From: the human T2T-CHM13v2.0 reference genome, Homo sapiens | Assembly (NCBI RefSeq): GCF_009914755.1 | Contig: NC_060929.1 | Length of the DNA stretch: 64,000 bases | Strand: one strand, 5' to 3' | Shown: piece after piece, positions 25,630 to 37,689 of the stretch | Layout: each line of letters opens with the position of its first letter | How positions within the stretch are numbered: position 1 is the first letter of the stretch | Notes under the pieces: generated by a model | What the model saw: the letters and a program-made list of their open reading frames with translations, nothing else | What the model was told of the DNA's origin: nothing | Database searches by the model: none | Translations under genes and position numbers: made by a program

Positions 25630-28600
25630 AGACAAAAGCCAGTTCATGGAGGGCATCACAGGTCTCCTGATAACTGGTTGTGCCATGTTAAAGCACTTAA
25701 TCTCTACCAAGGCTCAGTAGCAAAAGATATGTGATTTGTCATAAGGGGAATTATTAGTATCTGTAGAAACTGTCTTAGCCTTGCTCTAAAATTCCTAAGC
25801 TCCAGTCTTTGAATCATTTTTACCATCCTGCTAACTGCTCCGTATGGCATTTCTTTCCACCACACACAGTTGAAGCAAAATTAGTTCTGTTGGGTCATAT
25901 GTTCCAGGAAACACAGGAGCTTTCAGAAATAGCAGACGGACTTTTCGTAGAGAGTTATTCTAGGTCTCACTCAAAACCGGCAGTTTTCCAGGATAACCAG
26001 TAAATAAGCAAGAATAATACAACCTAACAGAGATATACACGGCATCCCAAATCTAGAGAGGCCCACAGATTGTTACAACGTTTCTTAATAGTGGGAGGGG
26101 CCAGACATAGCAACTTGCTCTTCAACTTGGAAGGAATATTTCAACATGTTCCATGAGGTAGACCCCTAAAGATTCCACTAAGGTGGCAGGCCCCTGAGTT
26201 TCTATGGGATGCATTCCCCAACCTCTGACATGCATATGTCTTCCCAAAGTCTCTGGAGTACCTGGTACATCTTGTTCACTAGATTCAAAATCATTACATA
26301 ATAAACATATAGAAGCAACATGACATCTTTGTTAACTAAGAGGTGTTTCATGTCATTATGGACTGGATTATGATAGAAAGTTTAACAATTGATATAACCC
26401 TGTTCTAGAACTATACAGAAGTATTTCTGGTCATGTCTGCAAGCAGACTATTTCTAATATTCTTTACTGAGATATATAGAGAAAAAGATTGTTTTCCAGA
26501 TATATTGTTGCCTATCAGTTGCCAGGGGATGTGATGATTTGCCCTAGCAGTGAAACAACATCAGGATTAGCAGCTACATCTGAAGTCAGGACATGATATT
26601 ATTATTATTATTTTATTTATTTAGGTATTTATTTTATTATACTTTAAGTTCTGGGTTACATGTGCAGAATGTGCAGGTTTGTTACACAGGTATACACGTG
26701 CCATGGTGGTTTGCTGCACCCATCAAACCGTCATCTACATTAGGTATTTCTCCTAAAGTTATCCCTCCCCTAGCCCCCCCACCCATCCCCTGACAGGCCC
26801 TGATGTGTGATGTTCCCCTCCTTGTGTCCATGTGTTCTCATTGTTCGACTCCCACTTATGAGTGAGAACATATGGCACTTGGTTTTCTGTTCCTGTGTTA
26901 GTTTGCTGAGAGTGATGGTTTCCAACTTCATCCATGTCCCTGCAAAGGACATAAACCCTTCCTTTTTTATGGCTCTATAGTATTTCATGGTGTATATGTG
27001 CCACATTTTCTTTATCCAGTCTATCATTGATGGGCACTTGGGTTGGTTCCAAGTCTTTGCTATTGTGAATAGTGCTGCAATAAACATACCTGTGCATGTC
27101 CCATTGCTGGGTATATACCTAAAGGATTATAAATCATTCTACTATAAAGACATATAAAGACACATGGTATTATTTTTACTAATCCAATTTCATAATTGTC
27201 ATTTCTATCCATCCGCTAAACATGAAAAACAGGAGAATTGAATGAGCTGTGATAGGAATTACCACTTCAGCATATTTTAAATCGTTAATGGTGGCATTAA
27301 TCTGTGTAATCTCTCTAGGGATGCAGTGTTTGTTTTGTTTTAGTATTTTGTATGTAAAGAAAGGGCTAGTGGTTTCCACTTGACTTTCCCTGTCATAATA
27401 GCTTCCTTTCCACGGAACCAGAAAACCATGTGGGAATTCAAGTCAGTCGCTGATTATGTGTAATACAAACCTACACTTTAAAACTCAGAATATTACAATA
27501 TATTGGGTTTAGGTATCCACTGGGCCCATGATGTGTTGGGCACTCTGTTGATCATCTGAGCTTTCTAAATCTCTATTCTGACTAGTGCCCCATGGTATTA
27601 TTTCATTCTACAGAAATTTGTGAGGAGTCAGAGCCAAGATCTAGTGTCCTTGAGAAGTCTGATTAACTTCCATTTGTTAATGAACTGTAAGCCTGGTAAA
27701 TATTTGCAGATCTTTTAGGGAAAGGTATGAGGGACATTTACAATATCCATGTTTGGCTATGTAGCTAGGTCTTTCCTCAAGGGGACTCAGACTTCTCTTC
27801 ATTAAAATGACTCCGGTACCATAAATTGATTGAAGGGTGGCTGTAACTCTATTATAATCTAAGGCAGATTCTACTTAACAGACTTGGAGGTTTCTACTTA
27901 TACAAATTTACTAGACTGTCCATCTATTTTAGTTCTGCGGATATGGTGATCAACTACTCAACACTAAAGATCTTTGAAGCATAGACTAGTCTGCTGCTTG
28001 GGCCCTGATCTGCAATAAAATTGCATTACTGTTTTTTCTTAAGGATTGAGTGCCACTCTTTGTAATCTGCCACGACAGTAGTTGTTACTTGTACAATATT
28101 TCTAGCCTATAGAAAGTAATTACCAAGAGGCTTGATAAGATGTTGGGGGTTCCACATAACTCTTTTTCTTCTACACCTAGTGAAGGCAAAGTATCCTGGA
28201 CCTACCTGAGAGGTATTTCAGGAGATAACTGAACAGGCACGATATGATAAATCCACTGAACTTTCAATCTCTCTGACTTTGGGTACATTCCTCTAAAATA
28301 TGACAGGGAAGTTCTGGTGTTTTAATTTCACTTAATGTAAGCCATTTCTGAGCCCAGGTTCCAGTCAACAACAAAGCAAAATGTTAAATCTATTCCAATC
28401 TCCTTGATTTCACATACTGAACCCAGTTTCTCTGCTTAGTGAGTCCATATTCGTCTATTATTCTGGCATCAAATCAATATTTTTTCTACCTTGACTAGAC
28501 ACATTTAGGATTATCTCACACTTGTTAGTTAGGTTTCTATAAATTTAGAACATCAAAATCCTATGTAATTTTATGGTATGTATAACCTGTTTTGTGCAAT

Positions 28601-29150
28601 AGTTTTTGCACCACACTTTATGTATTACCGTTTGTTTTCTTTTCTTGTTACAAGTAATTACAAAGTATTTAACAAAATTTCTCTTCTCAACAAAGAGAAA
28701 AAAGGAGTTATTAATTATAAACTCCTACTAGAAAATATGTAGGAAAATTACACTTTACAGTTCTCCTTACCTTTCTCACCTTCTTATTTTCAACCGGTCA
28801 TCATTAATGTTCAAATAAGAATGACATTATCATTAAGCCAAATCAAGAGATTCATAGACTGTTGGAAGTTAAGTCTGGTTACAGATATAGGAAGACTAAG
28901 AGTCATTGGGGATAGGACATGAGGATGATGGGAAGTTCCTTTCAAGGCAATTATCTTTTTCCGGAATCTTTCTGTTTTTATCCGTCCTAAATTTTAGGGC
29001 CTCAATTCTTCCCAACCAATTCCCTGAGTTTATGATGAAAGGCCTTATAAGTTTGAAAATTCAGTTTGCATTGAGTCAGCCACCTGCAACTTTACAACTT
29101 GGGTCTGGTTTTCAAAAATGTCAGCTGCGAAGGAGATGCTAATTTGTTAT
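25630..29150 (-). mobile_element. Decayed ERVL internal region (gag-pro-RT-RNaseH; HERV16/ERVL-E-like), interrupted by L1PA7
   Basis: ORF 27179-27379 (IPREITQINATINDLKYAEVVIP) matches the ERVL RT start (IPGGIAEISATIKDLKDAGVVIP). 25630-26300 matches antisense ERVL pol (aggggccagacatagcaacttgctcttcaacttggaagg; actaaggtggcaggcccctga). Confidence 0.8.
26604..27161 (-). mobile_element. L1PA7-like 3' end with a 5' inversion
   Basis: ccatggtggtttgctgcacccatcaaaccgtcatctacattaggtatttctcc; ORF 26770-27087 is the ORF2p C-terminus. 27099-27166 is in the opposite orientation. TSD acatgatattatt / acatggtattatt. Confidence 0.93.
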
Positions 29151-29324
29151 CTCAAACGGGAGATGAGGTTGTCTTTAGTGTTAGTAATAAAAACTTTCTT
29201 AGAGGAAATTTAGGCTGAAAAATAAATGTCTTGAGTTCACTATTTTTTTTTGCTTTATTTTTTTTCTAGTCCACTTAGAAACAATAAAAAAATTCAAAGT
29301 ATAAAAATAATTTTTCTGCTGCAT

Positions 29325-29451
29325 AATTCTGCCTTCTGAGTCTTGCAGAATGCTTTATTTGGACCATGCTAACCTACAATTATATAGGAAAGAGAATTTT
29401 GGGGAAAATCGTTCTGGCCTAGCTGAGTTGGCAAAGAAGAATTCCACTACA
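29325..29451 (-). mobile_element. ERVL LTR 5' end (LTR41/LTR52-like), probable 5' LTR of the adjacent ERVL remnant
   Basis: ggaaagagaattttggggaaaatcgttctggcctagctgagttggcaaagaagaattccactaca resembles the reverse complement of ERVL LTR starts. Position and orientation fit upstream of gag. Confidence 0.45.
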
Positions 29452-29650
29452 TGATGGCCTATCTAGAAATAGTGTCTTCTTGGTAAGACTTTTTTTTATA
29501 AGAGAGTCGTAGTCACAGGACTATTTGATTTGTTACTATGGGTAAATGTTTTTTTAAGCTTTTAGTTTCTTCTTAGGTTCGTTTTTGTAGGCTACATATT
29601 TCTAAAAAGCTTTTTATTTTCATCTCATTCAAATTTTATTTATTGACATA

Positions 29651-29867
29651 GAGTTCTTCATGGGATCTACTTTACTCCCTCCCAAGAGGAGGATTGGCAA
29701 TTTCCGGAACATTTTTGTTTATCACAACAGTGGTTTTCTAGTGGCATTTAGTAGATAGAAACAAGAGATGCTGATAACATGCTAGAATGTAGAGGACAGC
29801 TTGTCTTACCAACGAAAAGCGCATCTGACCTGAAATGTTAATAGTGCAAAGTTTGTGAAACCTTGGT
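29651..29867 (+). mobile_element. MER20 (hAT-Charlie)
   Basis: ttggcaatttccggaacatttttgtttatcacaac...tggcatttagtagatagaaacaagagatgctg...aaatgttaatagtgcaaagtttgtgaaacc. Confidence 0.8.
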
Positions 29868-31164
29868 TTAAAGTGTTTATGATAACTTTTCATATAATTT
29901 TAAAAATCTACTGCATAGTTCATGTTCCCTCTTTGTATTTTACATAGGTAGCTTTCTCATTTCCCTTAAATTCTGATCTGATAAATTCTTATTCTTTTGA
30001 CAACTTTTCAAATATGTATACCATTTTTGTTGTTCATAACAGAGTCCATCTGAAATGCATCCAGACATATTATTGGATTTTTTTCATCTCTTTGTTTAAT
30101 AGATAGTATCTTCATAATATGTCATCTGTGAATGGGAGAGGAGGCAAAAGATGAATTGATGAGAACCTGAAGGCCAATATCATCAAGAGAGCAGAAATCC
30201 TTTCAATATATGAGATTCATAGGTAACATCTTGATTTTGCATAATGACAATATCCTTCTTATTTGGATAATAGCAGTGGACACTTGAAAGTAAAAAGGAG
30301 AAATGTTAATTTCTTCGTATAAAATCAAATTTTTCTTACATTTTTAGGAGGAATTTACAATTAATCATTTATTTTTCTCTCTGCAATGAGGAGTCTTGTT
30401 AAATACTCTGTATCTGTTAGTAACAAAAAAAAAAAAAAAAAGAAAATGACCTCAAGTTAAAAATGGGATTTGGAACAGAAACTTCTGTCTACCAGCTCTA
30501 TGAAATTCAAAGGATAGATATATTAATCTGAAGGATACTAGGATTTTCTTATATATTTTAAAATTTTACATATATATAAATTTTATGCATTTTAAAGTTT
30601 AGAATATAAATTTAAAATACGTAATTTATATTTTTATAACTACACTAAATTTATACATATTACATATAAATTATACTAAAATATAATTATTATTGTATAT
30701 AAATTTTATTTTTCTTTGTTATACAAAAAAAAATGAAAATTATTTCTGACACTACTGCATTTTTATTTTAATGAATTGAAAAAGATTTAGGTGTTACTTT
30801 ATATAACAATAGAGCTAGAACTTTGGCGTACATTATGCTTGTTTGGGTAAGGCTGATAAAAATGCAAATTTCTGATTCCTCATTTAAAGATTTTGACTAA
30901 ATTTCAAAATGGGACTGCTCTCTCTCCTATCTATCTATACACACCTTGGAAATCTCGGAAGTCTTGAAACATAAGAAAAATTATATTTTAACTTAAATAC
31001 CAAAAGAGAGAAAATTAGTATATATAAACATACTATGATAGGTTTGTACTCAATACATGACAAGGAAATTCAGTCATAAGAAGAAATATCTATTAAGCAT
31101 CTAAAATTTGAAGAAGACTTCTTTTAGGACAACATAGGTGCAGAAAACAACAACTAAATTACAA

Positions 31165-31555
31165 CATGCATTTGTTGGCTTTTGCTAAGTGATGTTTTGG
31201 TTACAGACCACAGAGTTTCAGTGGGACACACGTACAACAAGTTCTATTTCCTACTATTGAGACAAGTTCATAGTGGGTTGAACGTGGATTTCTTTCCCAT
31301 ATTAATTTAAGGACCTAAGCCATAAAAATAGTCCCAATCAAAGGAACTTCTGCCTTCATGAAAGAGGGAAAACCATGAAAAGACTTTTAAAGATTTCCCT
31401 TGGAAGTGCCCATCCCACTTCTATTTATATTTTGTTAGTCAAACTGAATGTGAGCCCCACGGCAAAGCCTGGAGTTCATGGAATATGAATGTACCTCCCT
31501 TACAGTGAGATGCAATACATATTTTGAAAAATTAGTACAATCTTAAAATCTACAA
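31165..31555 (-). mobile_element. Old MLT1 (I/J/L-like) LTR
   Basis: ttttaaagatttcccttggaagtgcccatcccacttctatttatattttgttagtcaaa...atattttgaaaattagtacaatct. Confidence 0.45.
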
Positions 31556-33299
31556 CACTGGCTTGCAGAAATTTTAAACATGATGTTGGAGAAAAATACT
31601 GTCTAAAATGTGTTTTTAAATATTTTAGCAAAGACACAACTAAAATTGTAGATAGATGTGTTAGTTAATTTTAACAGACATCCTAGAGTACATTCATTTT
31701 AAGTGCCATATTCACATATTCATGAAGTAATGTTGAATGTTTTGTCAGGGAGGGAAGAAGGGAGCCAGTTAGTATTATAAACTTTATTAATATTGGATCC
31801 GTATACTAAAAGTTCTAGGTTTCCTGGATTAATGTTAGAATTTTATTAATCAGAATAAAATTACCCTAGAAATAACCTGTATTTGTTTAAATAAGTGTTG
31901 GTCAAGATATGTTGATTTTTTGGTAATCTTATAGGTATAATTTTGAATATATAGATGGATCCAATATAAGACAAACTTCTAAGTGATATTATTGACCTGG
32001 GGTTTAGATTCAGAAGATTTTTGTCACTTGACTCTCTCCAGAAAGTTATCAATAAAATTTAATTTATGCCTTAAAATAATATTGTTTCTGTCAGAAACTT
32101 AATTCTACATGATTGTGTGAAGGTGATTAAAAGATAGAAAGCTAGAAATTTATTGAAGTTTAAAGAACAGATAGTATGAGATTTTGTATTTCCTTATTGA
32201 TAAATACATGTATGTGTGGTGGAATTTTTTTTCATTACTTGCTTTAATTTTTTAACATACACCCAGTAATGAGTTTACAAAAGAGGAAACCTATAACTCT
32301 CATCTACCACAAGGTACCTTGTGATTTGACCTGGCTCAGGTCAGTGTGCCGCAGAAAGAAAAGTGGGACCTGGAGAATCATGCTAAAAGACAATTATAAT
32401 ATATGATAAAATGGCATAAATGTACTTTTATAAAGAAGATACATTTACTTAAATGCATCTACTGTAAAAGCAATGGAAATAACTGATTACTACAAACTGG
32501 ATAATTTTTAAATAATTCACAGGGTCCGTGACTTTTAAATGGGGCCTTGAAAATTGTTTCATAGCTGGATACAGGCAGGATAAACAGGCAAGAGTGACAA
32601 AGCAGACAATAAAAAATTATAAAAGCATCAAAGTATGCTCTCTGTTACTGATTTCACCAAGCCAAGGTTCCAGGTCTTTTTTAGTCAGGACTTAAAATCA
32701 GTTAAAAGTGCAAATATGCAAAAATAAAACTGTTCAGGTTGTGATAGCATAGATAGACATTTATATTCTCATTTATATACTCACATAATTTAAATTTAAA
32801 AAATTATGATGAAACTCACTTTTCTATATATTATAAATTAATATTTATTAATATAATTTATAATATATAATTGCATATATTAACTGTTTTTATTTTCAAT
32901 TAGTGTGAATTGTTAAGTCACTAATGTATAAATAGAATTGAGGTAAAAATCTTTCAAGGGCCTGTGGAAGACTAAATATTTCATATATTTCCTCCAAAAC
33001 TTTATACCTTCAAATAGTTGTACCATTCTTAGGCTACATATCGTAAATGACTACAGACTTAAATATTTAATTTAATCAGAAAAGACTAATTCCTGAAAAA
33101 AAAAAGTCTTTCTCATTTGTACTTGCATTTTTTCTTCTTCTTCTATTTTTAAATTTTAGCGCAATCAACTATAAATACAAAACATGGCTTAAAGCATGTA
33201 GTCTCTATCTTGGAAGCCATTTTCAATCTCTTTAAGCTTGGCATTGAGGCTACTTTTCATTATTACCTATCTCCAGCTCTGGGATTACTTTCTGTAGTG

Positions 33300-33413
33300 T
33301 TATTTCACTGTTTGTCCCTTGTCTCATCTGACATGTGTTTTCAAATTCTTCCTTCTTTATTTCACTGTTTGTCCCTCAGCTCATCTGATATGGGTTTTCA
33401 AATTCTTCCTTCT
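33300..33413. repeat. Two-copy 57-bp tandem duplication
   Basis: ttatttcactgtttgtccct...ttttcaaattcttccttct at 33300 and 33357; 52/57 identical. Confidence 0.9.
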
Positions 33414-33675
33414 ATTTCTCTAGTTAGGTTTATGTCATTTGGAACTATTTACTATATGTCATCTCTCTCTGAGGAAATCCCAGATAAAAAATTATTATAC
33501 TTCATGGTAGCTTTTTAATTGTCTGGAAAGCAGTTCTGAACTTAGACATTTTTGTTTTATCTAGAGATGTTAGTGGGGTATGGAGTTAGATGTGTGAGTT
33601 TTTTCACAACTATTATGAGTATAATAATTAAATGCCCTTACTAGAATGAGATTTTGTGTGGCGATTCAAGGTCAC

Positions 33676-34051
33676 TATATTATGATATTCCCACACTGCT
33701 GTAAAGACATACCTGAGAGACTGAGTAACTTATGAAGTAAAGAGGTTTAATTGACTCACAGTTGCATAGGCTGTACAGGAAGCACACCTCGGGAGGCCTC
33801 AGGAAACTTAGAATCATGGCAGAAGGTGAATGGGAAGCAGGCACTGTCTTTACTTGGCCAGAGCAGGGGAAAGGGAGTAAAAGGGGAAGTGCTACATACT
33901 TTGAAACAACCAGATCTTGTGAGAACTCACTAGCTATCACAAGAAGAACAAGGGAGAAATCCCCCTCCATGATCCCTCACCTCTTACCCCAACAATGGAG
34001 ATTACAGTTCAACCTGAGATTTGGATTGGGACACAGACCCAAACCATATCA
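33676..34051 (-). mobile_element. MSTA solo LTR
   Basis: gaggtttaattgactcacagtt...ggctgtacaggaagca...gggaggcctcaggaaactta...ccaaaccatatca. Perfect 5-bp TSD gtcac. Confidence 0.92.
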
Positions 34052-34456
34052 GTCACCATCAAGAAATTGGACGACCTTCTAAGAACACCATCCAAGACAT
34101 AAAAATCATAATTAATTAAACCCCATATGTAGAGGATCCATGAAGAAAGAACATCTACACTTTCAGTGTTCTTCAAGCTGCTATAGTCTATAATGACCAT
34201 AAAATAATCTACCACATATCCATGTGCAACTTTTATTCCTCTAACAGTTTTTAAATTTTTTACTGAGGATACCTTTGTATTTTAAATATATGTATTGCAT
34301 ATCATTCTGCTTACATACTGCAATAAATTCCCATTAAAATTAGAATCCCATTAGAATCTCTATACAGAATAATTTTTAACATTGCCTACAAGACATAATT
34401 CAATCTGTTTTACTTCTGTGTCTTCACTTTCATTTTGCCTTTTGCTATGGCCATTC

Positions 34457-34686
<230 letters not shown>

Positions 34687-36509
34687 CATGGTTTTATTTT
34701 TCTACTTTCAACCTGTGTTTTCCCCTTCCTTCTGATACAATATTCTGCAACCAGGTCTCCCTGAGGCTGACTCATTTTTTTTTTTTTTTTCACATATCTG
34801 CTCAATTACACCTTTTCAAAGATCTTTTTTAAGCATAGAATTCTCTGGAATATTTTTCAGTTTATTTTTGCTGAACATTTATGCCAATCAAATATTATTC
34901 TGTTGATTTTATTTTAAACATGTTTATCGTAGCTTATATCTATAAGCCATAGTCTTTTGAACGACAGATATTTGAGGATGGGTATCTCACGTGATTTTTA
35001 TTTGACATAAAATATGCACCTGCTTTTTAAAATCATATGGCAGAAATTAATTTATAATTAAAACAATAATTTTCCACTTCATTATTCCCCACAAACTGCA
35101 CAATTTTCTAGCAGCAAATGCTTTTGATAGTTCTATTTTTGGTTCTTCTTGTGGGTACTTAGTTATTACTCTGCATCTTGAAAGGTGAAAACTAGAACCA
35201 AAGTGAACCATGTGATTTTGAGCGTCTTAATGGAGAGGTTAACTAAATTTTTAAAATATGAAGGGAAACAAAAATAATATATTAGGCAGTTTATTATGTA
35301 TCTTTTTCTTATGAGATCAACATAAAATTTATTTATAATGCTTTTTTCCAAAGTAATAAAAGAAAATTTAATTTCATGTAGCAAATATTTAAGTGGGAGA
35401 TGAAATATTACCAGGCTTTATGTCTAGTATCCAGGTAAATTATGTCATGTTTCAAGAAAAGTAGCTCTTAGGTGGAGACAAATTGAATTTAAAGAGATGA
35501 ACCCAATTAACAAAGGATTCTTGTAACAGGTTGAAATGCCAAAACCTAAAATGATTCATTAAAGAGCATAGTTTTGCAACTATAACAAGATTATCTTTTT
35601 TTAAAGTGTTAGCTTTTCTGAAATTTTACTCTAGGAGCTAATTTAATTACTTTCTGATGCTTAAAGACTAAATAAGTGAAGAAATGATGCTATGTATATA
35701 TATTTAGAATGTAAAACAAACAGTATCTTACTATAAATATGGCATATTGATGTCAAATAGTTTGTGCTAGGATATTAATAAAATATATTTTAAGAGTATG
35801 TATATTTATAGTAATTATTACATTTGTCTATTATTTCTTTTATTTGCAAAGACCATTTGAAATCTACTTTGTTACAAATTTCTGAATAAATTATAAAATT
35901 TTATGACTGGAATTAAGATATTCCAATCAATAGCATTTACAATCCAATAACTTTTTATTGACATTAAAAAGTGCCTAAATAATTTAAAGTGCAGAAATCC
36001 AATTTTAATCCTTATTTTTAAATTCAATTCAGTTAATTTTCAAGCTTTTACTTACAATTACTGTTAACCATCATAAGCAGTGACACAACAGAGACTTTTT
36101 AACTAAATTTATTTTAATAAAGATCATTGGTAATTTCCAATAACAACAGTCATGTTTTAAATTAGAGTAAAACACGCTGAACTGTTAAATTTTGTCAAGT
36201 TTAAGAATATTTAAATAATATGGATTTTCACATCATCTGAATTCAGATTTGCAATGGAAGAACATACAATACAGGCTTTTCAATACACAAGTTGTGAAAG
36301 CTAATCATAATTGTCAAAGAGGATGCCATAGATTCTAAAGGTTATGTTTGAATTAAAGTTCCACTACTAATTTTTAAATTCATTTGTTTATTTACCTATT
36401 TCTTCATTCCAAAAATAATTATTAACTATACCTTATTATCTGGTCAATGATTTACTAAATGCCTACAATTTGTGAGTTACCATTATACATAATGGAGTTA
36501 AGGTGGTTA

Positions 36510-36820
<311 letters not shown>

Positions 36821-37689
36821 AAAATGTCAGACAGGATTCCTGCTCTTATTAAGCTCACACATCTACAGCTAATAGTATAAATAAGAGCTAGGTAGCAACA
36901 AACTCAACAAATTCATTTGGGATAATTCTAACACATTTAAAAAATTTTTGATGTCTTAATTCTTTTTATGTTTTAAGATTTGCTTTATAAAAATGAAAAT
37001 TAATGAAAATTAAACCTATGAAAGAGCAATGGGATGGCAATAAAATGCTCATATTCAGATTTTTTTAATGTAAGAAGTCACAGCTAGGTTTATTGGTCAA
37101 AATTTTGTTTATATGTGTTTTAGTTATATTTGTGGAAGGGAAATCTAAGAGTTAATGTAATATCTGTGTGCAAAGGAAAGAGAGAAAGAAAGAGAGCTCT
37201 AGAAGAGCTTGGATATAAAAGCTCCCATCAGTAGTACTGGAATGATATCTATCCCCAAGTAAGTTGGTGCATGTTTGGACCTGGCCAGGTCACTTCAATA
37301 GACTTGATCACATAGAATTAATTAATAATGGATAAGGTAAATGCAAGTGTGCAATAGAAGTACAGTATTTTCAGTCTTGAATTGTTCCTAGTATTTGTCA
37401 AAATAGATAAGATAGATGTAAAATAATTGGAGGCAAACTACAAACAATATGAAAAAATAAGATTTGAAAACTTAACTCTTTTTAAGAAAATAATTCTACT
37501 AAATCCAGGAAGTAGTTTTCAAATGTTCATTCAGACTGCTAACAAGAATACATATTTAATTGATTAATCATATTTCTGACTTGCAATTGAATGTAAATGA
37601 TTAAATATATTAATACATTCAATACATATCCATATTATATGTATTTATTCAGTTGTCTTATGTTTAACGTATATGGTTAAATTCAAATT

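Noticed and set aside
30545-30720. Short TA-rich tract (also 32820-32890)
   Set aside because: Ordinary low-complexity sequence with no higher-order structure seen.
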